Shown here piece after piece: positions 1-15,834 of a stretch of 64,000 nucleotides of DNA; the first letter of the stretch is position 1, and every line of letters begins with the position of its first letter. The position numbers and the translations under genes were made by a program. Below the pieces are notes generated by a model. The model did not search any database and had not been told where the DNA came from. It was given only the letters and a program-made list of their open reading frames with translations. Source of the DNA: Octopus vulgaris (lineage: Eukaryota); contig OX597838.1 of assembly GCA_951406725.2 (NCBI GenBank), positions 43,462,001 to 43,526,000 on the forward strand, in the 5' to 3' direction.

Positions 1-402
1 TCTAACAATTCGCGTAAAAGTCCAACGGTCCCTATCTGAAAGTTTTGGTTTTCTTCCAGAGTTTTGTTTCGACGAGGAGGTTTTTCCCTCTTTCTCAAAG
101 GCTGTCATTACTTTCGAGACAGTACTTCTTGATACACCAAACATTTTGGATGTTTTCGTTACGTTAGCGCTTGCGATACAAGCAACAACAATTTTACCTC
201 TTTGAAAGTCCAATAGATCTGTCATTTTAATGAATTTTAATTGCCTTTTTCTGATGATATCTCAAAAGAAACAGCAATTTTAGCAAAACATTAAGCAACA
301 CTAATAATAAATAAAAAAACATAAAAATAAACAAGCTTTTGACAGTTTTATAGATATTTCAAAATTATGATGCTAGGTGTTTCCATTATTTTGTCCAACC
401 CC

Positions 403-404
<2 letters not shown>
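1..404 (-). mobile_element. Tc1-like DNA transposon, left end with transposase N-terminus (continues past window start)
   Basis: Minus strand from ATG at 225 reads MTDLLDFQRGKIVVACIASANVTKTSKMFGVSRSTVSKVMTAFEKEGKTSSSKQNSGRKPKLSDRD (paired-like HTH plus GRPR-like motif). Terminus (T)AGGGGTTGGACAAAATAATGGAAACACC at ~376-404 abuts TA/(TATG)n. Confidence 0.85.
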
Positions 405-1453
<1,049 letters not shown>

Positions 1454-1777
1454 AAAAAAAAACATTTAAATAATGGGGGAGATAAATTGAATATTAATTT
1501 AATTAATATCAATTTAAAACCAGTAGCCTAGCATACAAAAATCTGAAGAATCAGAGAAAATTCTAATACGTGTGTATATATTTAGAGGGCTAAAAAACCA
1601 CTGTGGTCAGCCTAATTCTTCTTTTTTATATAATGTTCATCTGTCTTGCCCGCATATTGTTCTGGTGTCCGCTGAATTTTTCTCTGGAGAACATTCTTTT
1701 CTTTGTAGTTTGATCGCAGATGATCTACTTCTAGCATATGGCTGACCACATAGTGGTTTTTTAGCCCTTTAAATATA

Positions 1778-1884
<107 letters not shown>

Positions 1885-1937
1885 GTATATATATATGTAT
1901 ATTTATATATATGTATATGTATATATATGTATATGTG

Positions 1938-2016
<79 letters not shown>

Positions 2017-2034
2017 TTATATATATATATATAT

Positions 2035-2200
2035 TCATTTGACTGCAGCCATGCTGGAGCACCCCAGGACTTATTCTTTGTAAGCCTAGTACTTATTCTA
2101 TTGGCATCTTTTGCCGAACCGCTATGTTACAGGGACGTAAACACACCAGCATCAGTTGTCAAGCAATGGTGGGAGGACCAACACAGACAAACAAACTCAC

Positions 2201-2233
<33 letters not shown>

Positions 2234-2403
2234 CATATATACAACGGGTTTCTTTCAGTTTTCGTCTACCAAATCCACTCACAAGGCTTTGGTCGACACG
2301 ATGCTATAGTAGAAGACACTTGCCCAAGGTGCCCCGCAGTGGGAATGAACCCAGAACCATTTGGTTGGTAAGAAAGCTACTTATCACCCACCCACTCCTA
2401 CGC

Positions 2404-2405
<2 letters not shown>
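2035..2405 (-). mobile_element. tRNA-derived SINE family 1
   Basis: Reverse complement of the 33221-33630 element, including head, internal microsatellite and CCAGCATGGCTGCAGTCAAATGA tail. Confidence 0.85.
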
Positions 2406-2480
<75 letters not shown>

Positions 2481-2482
2481 TG

Positions 2483-2561
<79 letters not shown>

Positions 2562-2794
2562 TCAAAAATATAAGGAATGCCCATAATAGGCCATTCGACT
2601 CACAGCCAAACTCAAACCGCTAGTAGTTGTAATTCTGAAGTTGAAAGAGAAATAAAAACGGGGTAAACGTTTTTATTTCTCTTTCAATTTCAGAATTACA
2701 ACTATATTATATAATCTTTGACTATCTTTCCTTTCTCACTAGACCGCTGGTAGCGGAGAATTTTTTCTAGAATTTTTTGCTACCCTTATATTTA

Positions 2795-2856
<62 letters not shown>

Positions 2857-3379
2857 CTATGTATGTATGTATATATGTATGTATATATGTATGTATGTAT
2901 ATATCTATGTATGTATATGTATGTATATATATGTATATATATATGTATGTATGTACATATGTATGTATATATGTATATATACATATGTATGTATATATGT
3001 ATGTATATATGTATATATGTTTGTATATATATATATGTGTATGTGTATATATGTATATATATATGTATGTATATATACATATGTATGTATATATATATAT
3101 GTATGTATATATATATATATATATATGTATGTATTTACTTTTTATCTTATATTAAACTTTTTAATACTTTTTGATAGTTATATATATTTAATATATATAT
3201 ATATAAAGAATATAAAAATATATAAATATAAATTAATAATTTTAATTTTAAATTTAAATAATTTAAATTTTTTAATTTTATATTTTATATATTTTGTATA
3301 TTATATTAATTTTTTTTTTAATGTTTTGGTTTGTTTTTCATTGTTTGATTTGCCTAATAGTGGTTTTATCTCGACTTTA

Positions 3380-3434
<55 letters not shown>

Positions 3435-3536
3435 GGAGTAAACACATAAATGTGAAACAAAGTGGAAAAGAGAGTATTCAAATACCAGAGGTAGAGTAAT
3501 ATGCTTTATCTAAAAACAGCAGAAATTTAAAAAAAG

Positions 3537-3574
3537 CTGTTACTCGGAGTTTCACGTTCCCGATCGTCGGACAG
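3537..3574 (-). ncRNA. Minimal type I hammerhead-like motif (U4C variant) in a Penelope-type terminal remnant
   Basis: Minus: CUGU-CCGACGA-UCGGGAACGU-GAAA-CUCCGAG-UA-ACAG. Stem I CUGU/ACAG, stem III CUC/GAG, GUA site; stem II weak. Confidence 0.6.
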
Positions 3575-3617
3575 TTTTGTATGTATGTATGTATGTATGT
3601 ATGTATGTATGTATGTA

Positions 3618-4740
3618 TCAGGTCATCCCATAAGTTCTGTCCGATTTTACCTTTTTGAAGATTGAATGACATTTAATAGTATTTTAGAATGTCTAATGGA
3701 ATTAAAAATCATTTTTATGCATTTGTGTACATTTAAACATTTATGAGAACAAAAATGGAAACTCTGCAGCCAAAGTGACTTGAAACATTCACTCAGTTTA
3801 TGGGAAAGAATGCTTGAATGAAAGAACTTGCAGAAGATGGTTTGCAAAATTCTAAAGTGGAGATTTCAGATTTGAAGATCGTCCAGTTGAGTTTGATGAT
3901 AAACTCCTTGAGGCATTATCAGTTGAAGAATTGGTAATAAGGCTTAGTTCAAACCATACAGCTGTTCATCGTCATCTTCAAAACTTGGAAAGGTTCCTAA
4001 ACTTGGAAAATGGGTGCCTCATGAATTGTCCAAAAGCAACCGCAAATCCCGAGTTGACATCTGCGCTTCTCTCCATTCTCGCGAACTCATTTCACCCTTT
4101 TTGGATAGACTTGTGACAGCTGACAAAAAATGGATCTTCTATCGAAATGTTAAACGTCGTAAACAGTGGCTTGGTAAAAGGGGAAAAGCTCAACTACAAC
4201 CAAGAAGGGAACTTCATGGAAAAAAGGTTCTTCTTTTTATCTGGCGGGATTGCAAAGGAGTAATTCACTTTGGATGTTACCACCTAATGCAACAATCAAT
4301 GTTCAAGTCTACTCTAAGCAGTTAGAGCGCTTGAATCAAGCTTTGAAGAAAAAAAGACCCGTTTTAGTGAATCGAAAAGGAATGATATTTCATCAGGACA
4401 ATACGCGACCCCACACTGCAAAGATCACATCACAGAAGATGGAAGAGCTTGGTTGGGAAAAATTCCTACGATTTGTTTCGTAGCTTATAGAATCATTAGG
4501 TTTGGAATGGGGGCATAACTTTCGCAAGCCAGGAGGAAAGTCGAAACTGACATTTCAGAGTTCTTCGCTTTGAAACCAAAAAAGTTTTACATTGATGGGA
4601 TTAAAAAGCTTTTAAATAGATAGAAGAAAGTCATAAATAATCAGGGAAAGTGCATTGATGATTAAATTTCAATTAAATATAACATTTGATCACTTGTTTT
4701 ATTTATTGAAAATTCGGACAGCATTTGTGGGATGACCCGA
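3618..4740 (+). mobile_element. Mariner element, degenerate transposase
   Basis: TIRs TCAGGTCATCCCATAAGTTCTGTCCGA / TCGGACAGCATTTGTGGGATGACCCGA with TA flanks. Frameshifted motifs WVPHEL, LVTADKKW, FHQDNTRPH. Confidence 0.92.
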
Positions 4741-4891
4741 TATTAGAGCCTGGGACGACCAAAGCCTTGTGAGTGGATTTAGTAGACGGGGACTGAAAGA
4801 AGCCCGTCGTATGTGTGTGTATATATGTATGTGTGTGTATATATATGTATGTATGTATATATGTATATATGTATATATACGTAAATATATT

Positions 4892-6324
<1,433 letters not shown>

Positions 6325-6327
<3 letters not shown>

Positions 6328-6570
6328 TGGTTTAGTGTTCAGGGTGTTGCACACACAATTGTTAGATCGTGGTTTCGATTCCCAGACCGAGCAAAGCACT
6401 TCCTTTCATGTTGCTCTACGATCATTCCGTCATCTGACATGTGGCACATGCGGCTCCTGCACAAGTAATGTCGATCTGATGGAGGAAGTGAGCTTATGAG
6501 AACACAAACATTTGATCAAACAAATCATCTGTGGGGTTGTTCAGCCAGAAATTGCTGAACCCTTATACAT
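6325..6570 (+). mobile_element. SINE family 3, degenerate copy
   Basis: tRNA-like head (TGGTTTAGTG...GTTTCGATTCC) and body similar to 28545-28870. Confidence 0.5.
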
Positions 6571-6686
6571 CATCTAAGTCCATGATATGTATATATTACA
6601 AAATACAAAGTAATATCTTGAGATCGCTAGAGACAACAATGCTCAAAATATATAACAGACTGGAATTGTAGTGCTCAAATGAGCTG

Positions 6687-6825
6687 TATACACTTTTTAA
6701 TCCGAGTGGAGGCAATGTGAGCAGCAACTACAAGAGCACTACAAGAACACTACAGAATCCACAGAAAGATTTTGTAATGTTCCTTTAGTTGCTGCTCACA
6801 TTGCCTCCCCTCGGATTAAAAAGTG

Positions 6826-6829
<4 letters not shown>
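6687..6829. repeat. Fold-back inverted repeat, 44-bp arms, ending in (TA)n
   Basis: TATACACTTTTTAATCCGAGTGGAGGCAATGTGAGCAGCAACTA and its reverse complement at 6786-6829 (1 mismatch). Confidence 0.9.
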
Positions 6830-6894
<65 letters not shown>

Positions 6895-7164
6895 GTGTAC
6901 ATATATGTGTGTGCGTGTGTATGCATATATGTGTGTGTATGTATGTGTATGTGAGTATGTATGTGAGTGTATGTGTGTATGTAGGTATATGTGTGTCTAT
7001 ATGTGTATGTATGTATGTGCGTGTATGTAGGTAATATGTATATATGCATATGTGTATGTGTCTATGCTTTTTGATATTTGTTTAGGTTTGAGTCGAGATC
7101 CAGGAATTTATGTGTGGGTGGGGGTGCATGCTTGTGAATTTGTGTGTACGCGCGTATCTGTCTG

Positions 7165-7357
<193 letters not shown>

Positions 7358-7718
7358 AATGTGTTGATTTCAATAATTTATATTATGATTTTTATAATTG
7401 TATCCTTATCTTATATGTATTGAATTATAAGGTATATATGTATGCTATTAAGGTTCTCATTTTTGTTAAATGAATAAATAAGTCAACATTCTAATATCCA
7501 AAAGCTGATGAACCAACTAAATTGTTTCTCCATTTTCTTATTTGTAATATAAATTAATGGTAAAATATTTCTTTTCCTTCACCCATTTAATACAATAAAT
7601 AAGTTAATTGCATTGCAATTAAAAACACTTGTGTATTAAGAATTTTGGTACTTTACCAACAGTATAATAGGTATTATCCCTTAGTGGATTGGATCCACAA
7701 CCCCTAACTTACTTGGTG

Positions 7719-7763
<45 letters not shown>

Positions 7764-8349
7764 TACATATATATGTATGTATTTGTTTAAAGAGTATGTG
7801 TGTACATAAATTTTTAGTACATGTGTGTGTGCTTACTTTGTATGTATGTATGCGTGTGAGAATGCATACAAATGTATGTAAGTGCATAAACATGCATGTA
7901 AATATATATATATATATATATATAAATCTACATGCGTTTGAATATTCAAATCCCAGCTTTGATCGTGTATGGACGTTTGCATACATACACGCACGCGCAC
8001 ACATGCATATACACATACTTATACATACATATGAGTATATGTGTGTATATATATATAGATATAGAAAGATAGATAGATAGACAGATAGACAGATAGACAG
8101 ATACACACATACACACACACATACACACACACACACTCACATGGTGAGTGTATGTTGTTGTTGTCGTTGTTGTTGAACATACATATATGCATAAGTATGA
8201 AAGTACGAAGACCTCATTTGGGTTTCTTTTTAAAGAATTAGTATTCCGCGTGAATGCGTAATGATGAGAAAATTTTAAAGATTTGCCGGCATGCCTTTGT
8301 TCGAGATAGAAATTCGAAGACATCTCTTTCCTCAGCACACATATACATA

Positions 8350-8423
<74 letters not shown>

Positions 8424-8581
8424 CACATACGTGTATATGCTGTGTTCTTTGATGAAATCAAGTTTTCAATATACAGCTCGTCAGAAATTTAGTGGCGATA
8501 TAAATATAACAGTATTTAATTTGAATAGACCAACCTCTTGTTGTGTCTGATGCGTCTTAACGTAATCTATTACATATATTA

Positions 8582-8627
<46 letters not shown>

Positions 8628-8866
8628 TGTGTGTGTGTGTGCGGATTTCGGATTTCTTTTAAGTTGTTTAACAAGTTTTATTTTTAGTTTTTTTTACAGG
8701 TGTTTGTATAGAATTCAATGGCAATTATTGTTCTCTTAATCTTCTTCTTCTTCTTCTTCTCGTCCACCTCACCCTCGTCTACATCGCCATGATGATGATG
8801 ATGATGATCATCATCATCATCATCATCACCATCACCACCACTACCATTACCAAAACCACCACTACT

Positions 8867-8904
<38 letters not shown>

Positions 8905-10039
8905 CACCACCACCACCACCACCATCACCACCCGGTGGAGCGACGGTCGAGACGCTTGGAGCTGTTTTAATTGAATCTCTACGGATTCTGGTTTCAAATC
9001 GTGCAAGTTCCTTAAACATCGATAAAATATTTACATTAATCAAATATCACAAATCGATTTAATAGACTATTGATTACCCCACTAAAGTAAGTAAATAAAT
9101 AATAAAATGTTTGGTCTTGTATCAATATCAGAAATCGTTCGGTGCTGGGTCTTCCATTCCGAACAGATATGTTGTCTTAGCGCTGTAGTTTTACCGAAAG
9201 TTTTCCCAAGAAACGAAGGAGAAGAATCGGTGGCTTCCAATACTTGCCCCTTTTGTCTACTGCGATATTCAGCGGAAGATATAAATGTATTAGGAAAATC
9301 CCATTTAAGAAGTGGAGATATTAATGAACTATGCGTGGAATAATGCGTTAGGATCGAACGATCTGTTCTTTGAACTGTATTGTAACATGCCGGAATCGTT
9401 CGCCACTATCTTGGCAAATGTCTACAGCAACTGCAGTAGACTAGAACGGTTCCCAATTGTATGAAACGGGGAATGTTCATGCAGCTGAGGAGAGGCGCAA
9501 ACGGTGACCATAGTAGACAATTTCGATGTCCATGGCCGTTGAATAAAATATTAACGATTTCGGAGGAGACATTCATCAACAGAGTTACCCGTGTTGTCAG
9601 TGGTGCCGAAACACACCCCAGGTGGATGCCAGAATTCTATAGCTAATGCTGCATAGGATCGTGCTGAGGTTGTGGCATCTGCGGAAACACCCGGACCACA
9701 ACGGTGAGCAAGTGTTGTGGTCATCTGACTGAGCTACAGTCTAGGGTATGCACGGTCTGAAGTTGGATATTTGGTATCTGGAAACTTACCAGTTGGACAT
9801 TGCAGTCAAAGGAATCTCACTCCCGTAATCTAGAGAAAGTTAATGGAAGATATAAGAAATGGTAATCTGGGGTTAATGCTTCGAGATCCGCTCCTGAACC
9901 CTGCCTTTAATTCTACCTTTTTATACATAAGCCATTATCATAGCCCTGACCTCTACAGTTATCTAAGTCTGACTTGCTCTAAGTCTGACTTGCCTTAGAA
10001 ACAAAAACCAAGCATACTTCCACGTGTAGCTAGTAACGA

Positions 10040-10790
10040 ACTTTATAACGAAAAATAAAGTTCGCTTATTGAAGTGTCTTCATCTTTTGCAACGAAATAT
10101 CTTCCTGAACTCCGTCAAAATCCACACAAAGGACTCTTTGTTGACTGTCTGGCCAGAGGGAACCCAGTAGATGTAGATGATGCATTTGGGTGGGGATCAT
10201 CATGAGTTTCCTGGTGAACTTACATTGCTTGGCTTCCTTGGGTCTAAGGGAGACAAGATGTTTCCATTGGACGTTCTATCTCTTAGCCTCTGGATCATAA
10301 CAGTAAATCCAGTTCCCGTCACGGGTCACCAGCACTCTTGGCTTAGAGTAATGAGCTTAACCATCTCCCTGCTGTCACTAACGCGTTTTTACTTCTGCTC
10401 GTCACTGAGTACCATGGGAACAAACATTGCACAACGTTTGCGCTCGTTCAGCTCTCCACGAATCATTTTGTGCATAGTTGCCACACCAACTCCAATCTCT
10501 ATGCTTATTATTTGTATAGATACGACGGTCTTCGGCCAGAAATTTGCGAATTTTCTCAACCAGCTCTGGTTTTTTCTCGTGCCTCTCTCTCTCTCCCACA
10601 CCTCTCATCTCTCACCTCCTCTCTATCGTTCTTAAGCTTCCTCTGCCAGAGAAAAAAAGATGCTCGACTCACACAAGTTAATCCATGACCAGTCTGGAGC
10701 GTTTTTGCTCAGTTCAACGCAAAACTTTATCGTATCGCGAGCATAAGTTTCATTATAAACCTTCAGTCCGTCACTCTACTTCTGTAAAGT
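10040..10790 (-). mobile_element. Highly decayed mariner fragment
   Basis: Minus-strand pieces VEKIRKFLAEDRRI and RKRCAMFVPMVLSDEQK (WVPxxL-like). Confidence 0.7.
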
Positions 10791-10841
10791 TGATAATTTA
10801 ATTTAATTTAATTTAATGTAATATTTAATTAACCTAACGTG

Positions 10842-11030
10842 TCGAGCTGGCAGAATCGTTAGCAAGTCGGGCAAAATGCCTCGCAGCATTTCGTCCGTTT
10901 TTAAGTTCTTAGTTCAAACAGCGCCAGGTACGACTTTGTCTTTCCTTCTTTCGGGGTCGATAAAGTAAAGTATTAGTCGACTTGCCCCTCCCCGAAATTG
11001 CTGGCCTTGAGCCAAAATTTGAAACTGGTA
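10842..11030 (+). mobile_element. SINE family 2
   Basis: GAGCTGGCAGAATCGTTAGC...CTTTCGGGGTCGATAAA shared with 12787 and 16934. Confidence 0.8.
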
Positions 11031-11059
11031 TTTGATGGACCTTAGACTCCCAACTATGT

Positions 11060-11103
11060 TGTACTGATGAAATCCAATTAGATTGAAATAGCAGTTATCT
11101 ACG
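11060..11103 (+). ncRNA. Type I hammerhead ribozyme with canonical core
   Basis: UGUA-CUGAUGA-AAUC(caauua)GAUU-GAAA-UAGC(a)GUUA-UC-UACG. All core nucleotides present; predicted cleavage after C11099. Confidence 0.72.
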
Positions 11104-11270
11104 CATTTTTAAGAACTCTCTGATAAAAAGAAAGATTAAAGAAAAATTTAATCAAATACATACTTAATAATATTTTATACCTTCACTAACAAATTTTCAT
11201 ATCACCCACCCTCCCTAACTAAATTCTATCTTCGTCTTTTCTGTATCTTTACTCCTTTCAAAGTTGATAA

Positions 11271-12615
11271 CGCAACGTAACAATTTTCAAAAAAAAATTT
11301 GTTTATTGTATTTTCTTTTTTGTTTATCAATCCATTTTTCTGCTGGTTCCAAAAATGAAATTATTTTTTGGTGTATCATCAACAGCTAAAAAAATATGTC
11401 GACTTTCAGTGTTATTATATATTCAGTATTGTTATACTGTTCCGCTACTAAATGTATGTCTAATTTTCTCTTTCAGACCAATTACTAAGTTCTGCTACTT
11501 TCAGGATGGCTACTAGAGTATCTAAAAATTCTCCAGATACATTTTGCTATGTGTGTAGTTATTATATTGGAAAAAAGCAGGTATGACATAAGATCGTGAA
11601 AGGTGCTAAATTGTGGATAGCGTACAGACTATTTCGGAATGTCTATGGGTGACCAGAACAAACCATGGGCCCCCACATGGGATATGTGGAAGCTGTTAGT
11701 CTACTCTAGACTGATGGTTAAGAGGTACAGGAAGGTCAATGCTTTCTGCCATTCCAAGGGTATGGAGAGAGCCAAAGAACCATCACGATGACTTTTGTAT
11801 GATCGATGTGACAAAGTACAGAAAAGTGAAAGGAAGAAAAGCTCTTCAGTATCCAGACATACCATCATCTAGAGCACCTGACAGTTTACGAGTATCACTA
11901 CCACCAGAAAATATTTCATCTGAAGAGTCAACAAGTAGCAGCAGCCAAGAAATGGCGGAAGCTTTCGTACAATGAACGACTTCGGAGCCTCACTTTCCAA
12001 ATCAGAGTGAGCTAGATGATTTAATCAGGGATCTGGGTCTTACTAGTCAGGAGCTGAACTTTCATGAAGGTTGAAGGAATGGAATCTACTGGGGGGAGAC
12101 TGCAAGTCATCTGTGTACTGGAAACGCCATGAAGTGAGGATCATGGTGAGAGATTTTATCAGGACGTCGCAACTATGGAAAGAAGATACCAAGGACGATG
12201 GGATACTGCTATGATGGCAGATTATATATGGTCTCTAGTCAGAAGAGATGAAGGTATACACTCAGGAAAATCTCTATCGTCAAAGCACTTCTCATCTTAA
12301 GAAAAGAGTTATCAAGGCATTGACAGTGCAGAGTTTTATTGTTTCTTTTTGTTGTAACTAATATTATACTTCCTAAATACTTTTCAATAAATGAAAAATT
12401 ACTAAATGTTGTGTAATTATCCTTACAATACTAGAATTGGTTGAACCAACAAAGTGCTGTAGAGAAAAGTTACAAATATAACGAGCAAATATGAAATTAG
12501 GAATAAACTATCGATGTTAGATAAAAAATGAATGTGATTTTTGAATTTAGAGGCAAAAAAATGCATATATGAACATGAAAAAAATACAAATAAACAAAAC
12601 ATGCGTTACATTGTG
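11271..12615 (+). mobile_element. Chapaev3-like (CMC superfamily) transposon, internally deleted
   Basis: From ATG 11506: SKNSPDTFCYVC, GDQNKPWAPH, VWREPKNHHDD-FC, YPDIPSS, ELDDLIRDLGL, then a jump to DHGERFYQDVATMERRYQGRWDTAMMADYIW. Termini CGCAACGTAAC / GTTACATTGTG with TAA on both sides (TWA TSD). Confidence 0.85.
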
Positions 12616-12786
12616 TAATTAATTGAACCATATTGCTCTCATCGCATGGCACCTTGGGCAAGTGTCTTCTGCTATAGCTCTAAGCGAAGCAATACTTTCT
12701 GAATGAATCTGGTATATGGGTACCGTGTGGAAGCCTGCTACATACACACACACACACTTATATACGCATATATATGTATACACATA

Positions 12787-13016
12787 GGGCGGCGAGCAGG
12801 CAGAGTCGTCAGCACGCCGGGCGAAATGCTTAGCAGTATTTCGTCTGCCGCTACGTTCTGAGTTCAAATTCCGCCGAGGTCGACTTTGCCTTTCATCCTT
12901 TCGGGGTCGATTAAATAAGTACCAGCTACACACAGGGGTCGATGTAATCGACTTAAACCCTTTGTCTGTCCTTGTTTATCCCCTCTATATTTAGCCTCCT
13001 GTGGGCAATAAAGAAA
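12787..13016 (+). mobile_element. SINE family 2, near full length
   Basis: Head GGCGGCGAGCAGGCAGAG, B-box-like GAGTTCAAATTCC, tail GTGGGCAATAAAGAAA. Further copies at 16934-17157 (+) and 27546-27640, 27715-27880, 35360-35520, 61455-61660 (-). Confidence 0.85.
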
Positions 13017-13332
13017 TATATATGTATACACATATATATGCAAATATATATATATATATATATATATATCCACGCATACATACACACACACACACACACA
13101 CATGTTTATATATGCATGTATATATTTATATACACACACACAAACACATGTATCAAAACAAAGAGTGATACATACATACATACAACCATACATACATACA
13201 TACATACATACATACATAGAGGTGATGGATGTATGTTATTGTTCAGTTTTATTCCAAGATTTCTGGCCAATAGAACAGGAGCCAGTTTCTAACCAAATCT
13301 CCTTCATTTCAACATCAGCAACAGGATATTTT

Positions 13333-13364
<32 letters not shown>

Positions 13365-13434
13365 TGTATGTATGTATGTATGTATGTATGTATGTATGTA
13401 TGTATGTATGTATGTATGTATGTATGTATTTGTA

Positions 13435-14100
13435 TACGTGCAAATTTGTATGTTTTGTTTAATGTATATTTTCTCATGCATATATTTGCATATCTAGGCA
13501 TGCTCATATATACTGAAATGATAACTTCTGGAAAGTTTTACAGATTTTTACAGTTCCAGTGATGGCTTTGATCTGTAGTCCTTGAATCAACTTTCTCTTT
13601 TCTGGTTTTGAGACGCCTAATTTATCAAGATTGGTATTTAGGCAGTGTTTTACATATCCCAGTGCCGCAATAATTACAGGTATAAACCTGAACTTGTTAT
13701 CTGGATAGGGTAACTGCAGATTTCTCAATAGTTCCGCGTAGGTATTCCCTTTTTCACTGATCTTCAGCTTCATGTTAACATCCGTTGGGCAGCTGATTTC
13801 CACAACTGTGCATGGTTTCTCATCTCTATCCCAAACCTTTATATCAAGACTATTGTGCTTACATTTTATTGAGGTCTTCACTGGTACATTCCATCAGTAC
13901 TCCTTTTTATTATGAGTGACTATGGCTTCTACTATACTGTGGGTTTGTATTTCTTTTTCCTCGGGGTTGTCCTTCCGACGGGTTTCATTATATAGTGTCC
14001 TTGCCCCAACATCATGTCTAATCGGTAGATAATACCGTGATGACATTTTCGGATGTATATGTATGTGTATCCGTCTTTTTCTCACTCTTTTTTTTTACAG
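13435..14100 (-). mobile_element. RLE-type (R4/Dong-like) non-LTR retrotransposon 3' fragment
   Basis: RHDVGARTLY and HNSLDIKVWD...VVEISCP...FIPVIIAALG (restriction-like endonuclease). The 3' end runs into (CATA)n; the same 3' end recurs at 19080-19260 (+). Confidence 0.8.
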
Positions 14101-14779
14101 TCCTTTACCACCGGTATAATCCGAACCTATAACATAGCATTTGCTGATCCGGACGACTGTCCAAATCGCTGATATCTTCAACCGTCCTTCAGTTTTTGTG
14201 ATAGATTATTGAGGAACGAATTACCCAACCTTCTTGTCAGCTGGACCATAAATGTTTCTGTAGCTTACACACATCTTTTGGGGAGTCACAAGTCACAAGC
14301 AGCTACTACGTGTGCTTATACGGGTACCAGTTATATCACCGGGTTGTTTGATATTGTGTTTGATCCTGGTTCAGGAATTTTGCATTTTTTTGAGAATGTA
14401 GAATGTAGAAATACGCATGTAGAAATGTATATATGCTTGAGTGTATATATGTATCCCTCATGTATGTATGTATGTATGTATGTATGTATGTATGTATGTA
14501 TGTATGGACTCATGTATTACATATGCATGGACATAGCTATGTAGTTAGAAGCTTGCTTCCCAACCACATGGTTCCGGGTTCAGTCCCACTGCATGGCACA
14601 TTCATAGATAATCAGGGAAAGTACATTGATGACTAAATTTCAATTAAATATAACATTTGATCACTTGTTTTCTTTATTCAAAATTCGGACAGAACTTATG
14701 GGATGACCCGATATTATAGCCTGGGACAACCAAAGCCTTGTGAGTGGATTTGGTAGACGGAGACTGAAAGGAGCCCGTC

Positions 14780-14832
<53 letters not shown>

Positions 14833-14836
14833 TGTT

Positions 14837-14909
<73 letters not shown>

Positions 14910-14924
14910 CAACACCATCGCTGT

Positions 14925-15310
14925 GTGGTAAGTAGCTTGCTTACCAACCAAATGGTTCCGGGTTCAGTCCCACTGTGTGGCACCTTGGGCAAGTGTCTTC
15001 TACTATAGCTTCGGGCCGACCAAAGCCTTGTGAGTGGATTTGGTAGACGGAAACTGAAAGAAGCCTGTCGTATATATGTATATATATATATATAAGTGTA
15101 TGTTTGTGTGTCTGTGTTTGTCCCCCAGCATCGCTTGACAACCGATGGTGGTGTGTTTACGTCCCCGTAACTTAGCGGTTCGGCAAAAGAGACTGATAGA
15201 ATAAGTACTAGGCTTACAATGAATAAGTCTTGGTGTCGATTTGCTCGACTAAAGGCGGTGCTCCAGCATGGCCGCAGTCAAATGACTGAAACAAGTTAAA
15301 GAATAAAAGA
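14925..15310 (+). mobile_element. SINE family 1
   Basis: Matches the 33221-33630 copy along its length. Confidence 0.88.
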
Positions 15311-15478
15311 ATGTGTGTGCAATTGCGAGTACGAATGAATGAATGAATGAATGAATACCTGCATGCGTAATTGCATGCACAGGTGAGTGCACAAGCACAT
15401 GCACACTCGTGCATTCGCACAAATGCATCCACACAATTCTAGTGCAATCCCTGCAACTGAAATCAGATACATTACCCG

Positions 15479-15516
<38 letters not shown>

Positions 15517-15834
15517 ACACACTCTCACGCGTGCGTGCATATATATTTACGTCCGCATATACACGTGCACACACACACACACACACACACAGACACACAC
15601 ACACACACACACAGGGCCTGCTCCCTGTGAAGGGAGTCGGGCTTCCTCTCTGCTATCAAAAATCAATCCGGCCCCTTTCAAGGATCTTCAGATCCTTCCA
15701 CGGATCTCTCGGTTGAACTCGCTCCTTTCATAGATCCTGCACACACACCACGCACGCACGCACACACACCTACACACACTGACGCACGCATACATTCACA
15801 CACACACATTAGTAACAACGTTTAAACCCCCCTC

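Noticed and set aside
251-280. CTGATGA...GAAA inside the Tc1 leader
   Set aside because: No stems I-III.
8290-8340. Minus-strand CTGAGGAAAGAG resembling the permuted motif's last strand
   Set aside because: No matching stem I or III strands found.
8684-9043. ORF with poly-G/D/H/K runs
   Set aside because: Trinucleotide repeat mosaic; no recognisable domain or partner exons.
9650-9820. GACCACAAC/GTTGTGGTC hairpin, possible HDV-like ribozyme at a LINE 5' end
   Set aside because: Could not assign P1, P2, P3 or the catalytic C.
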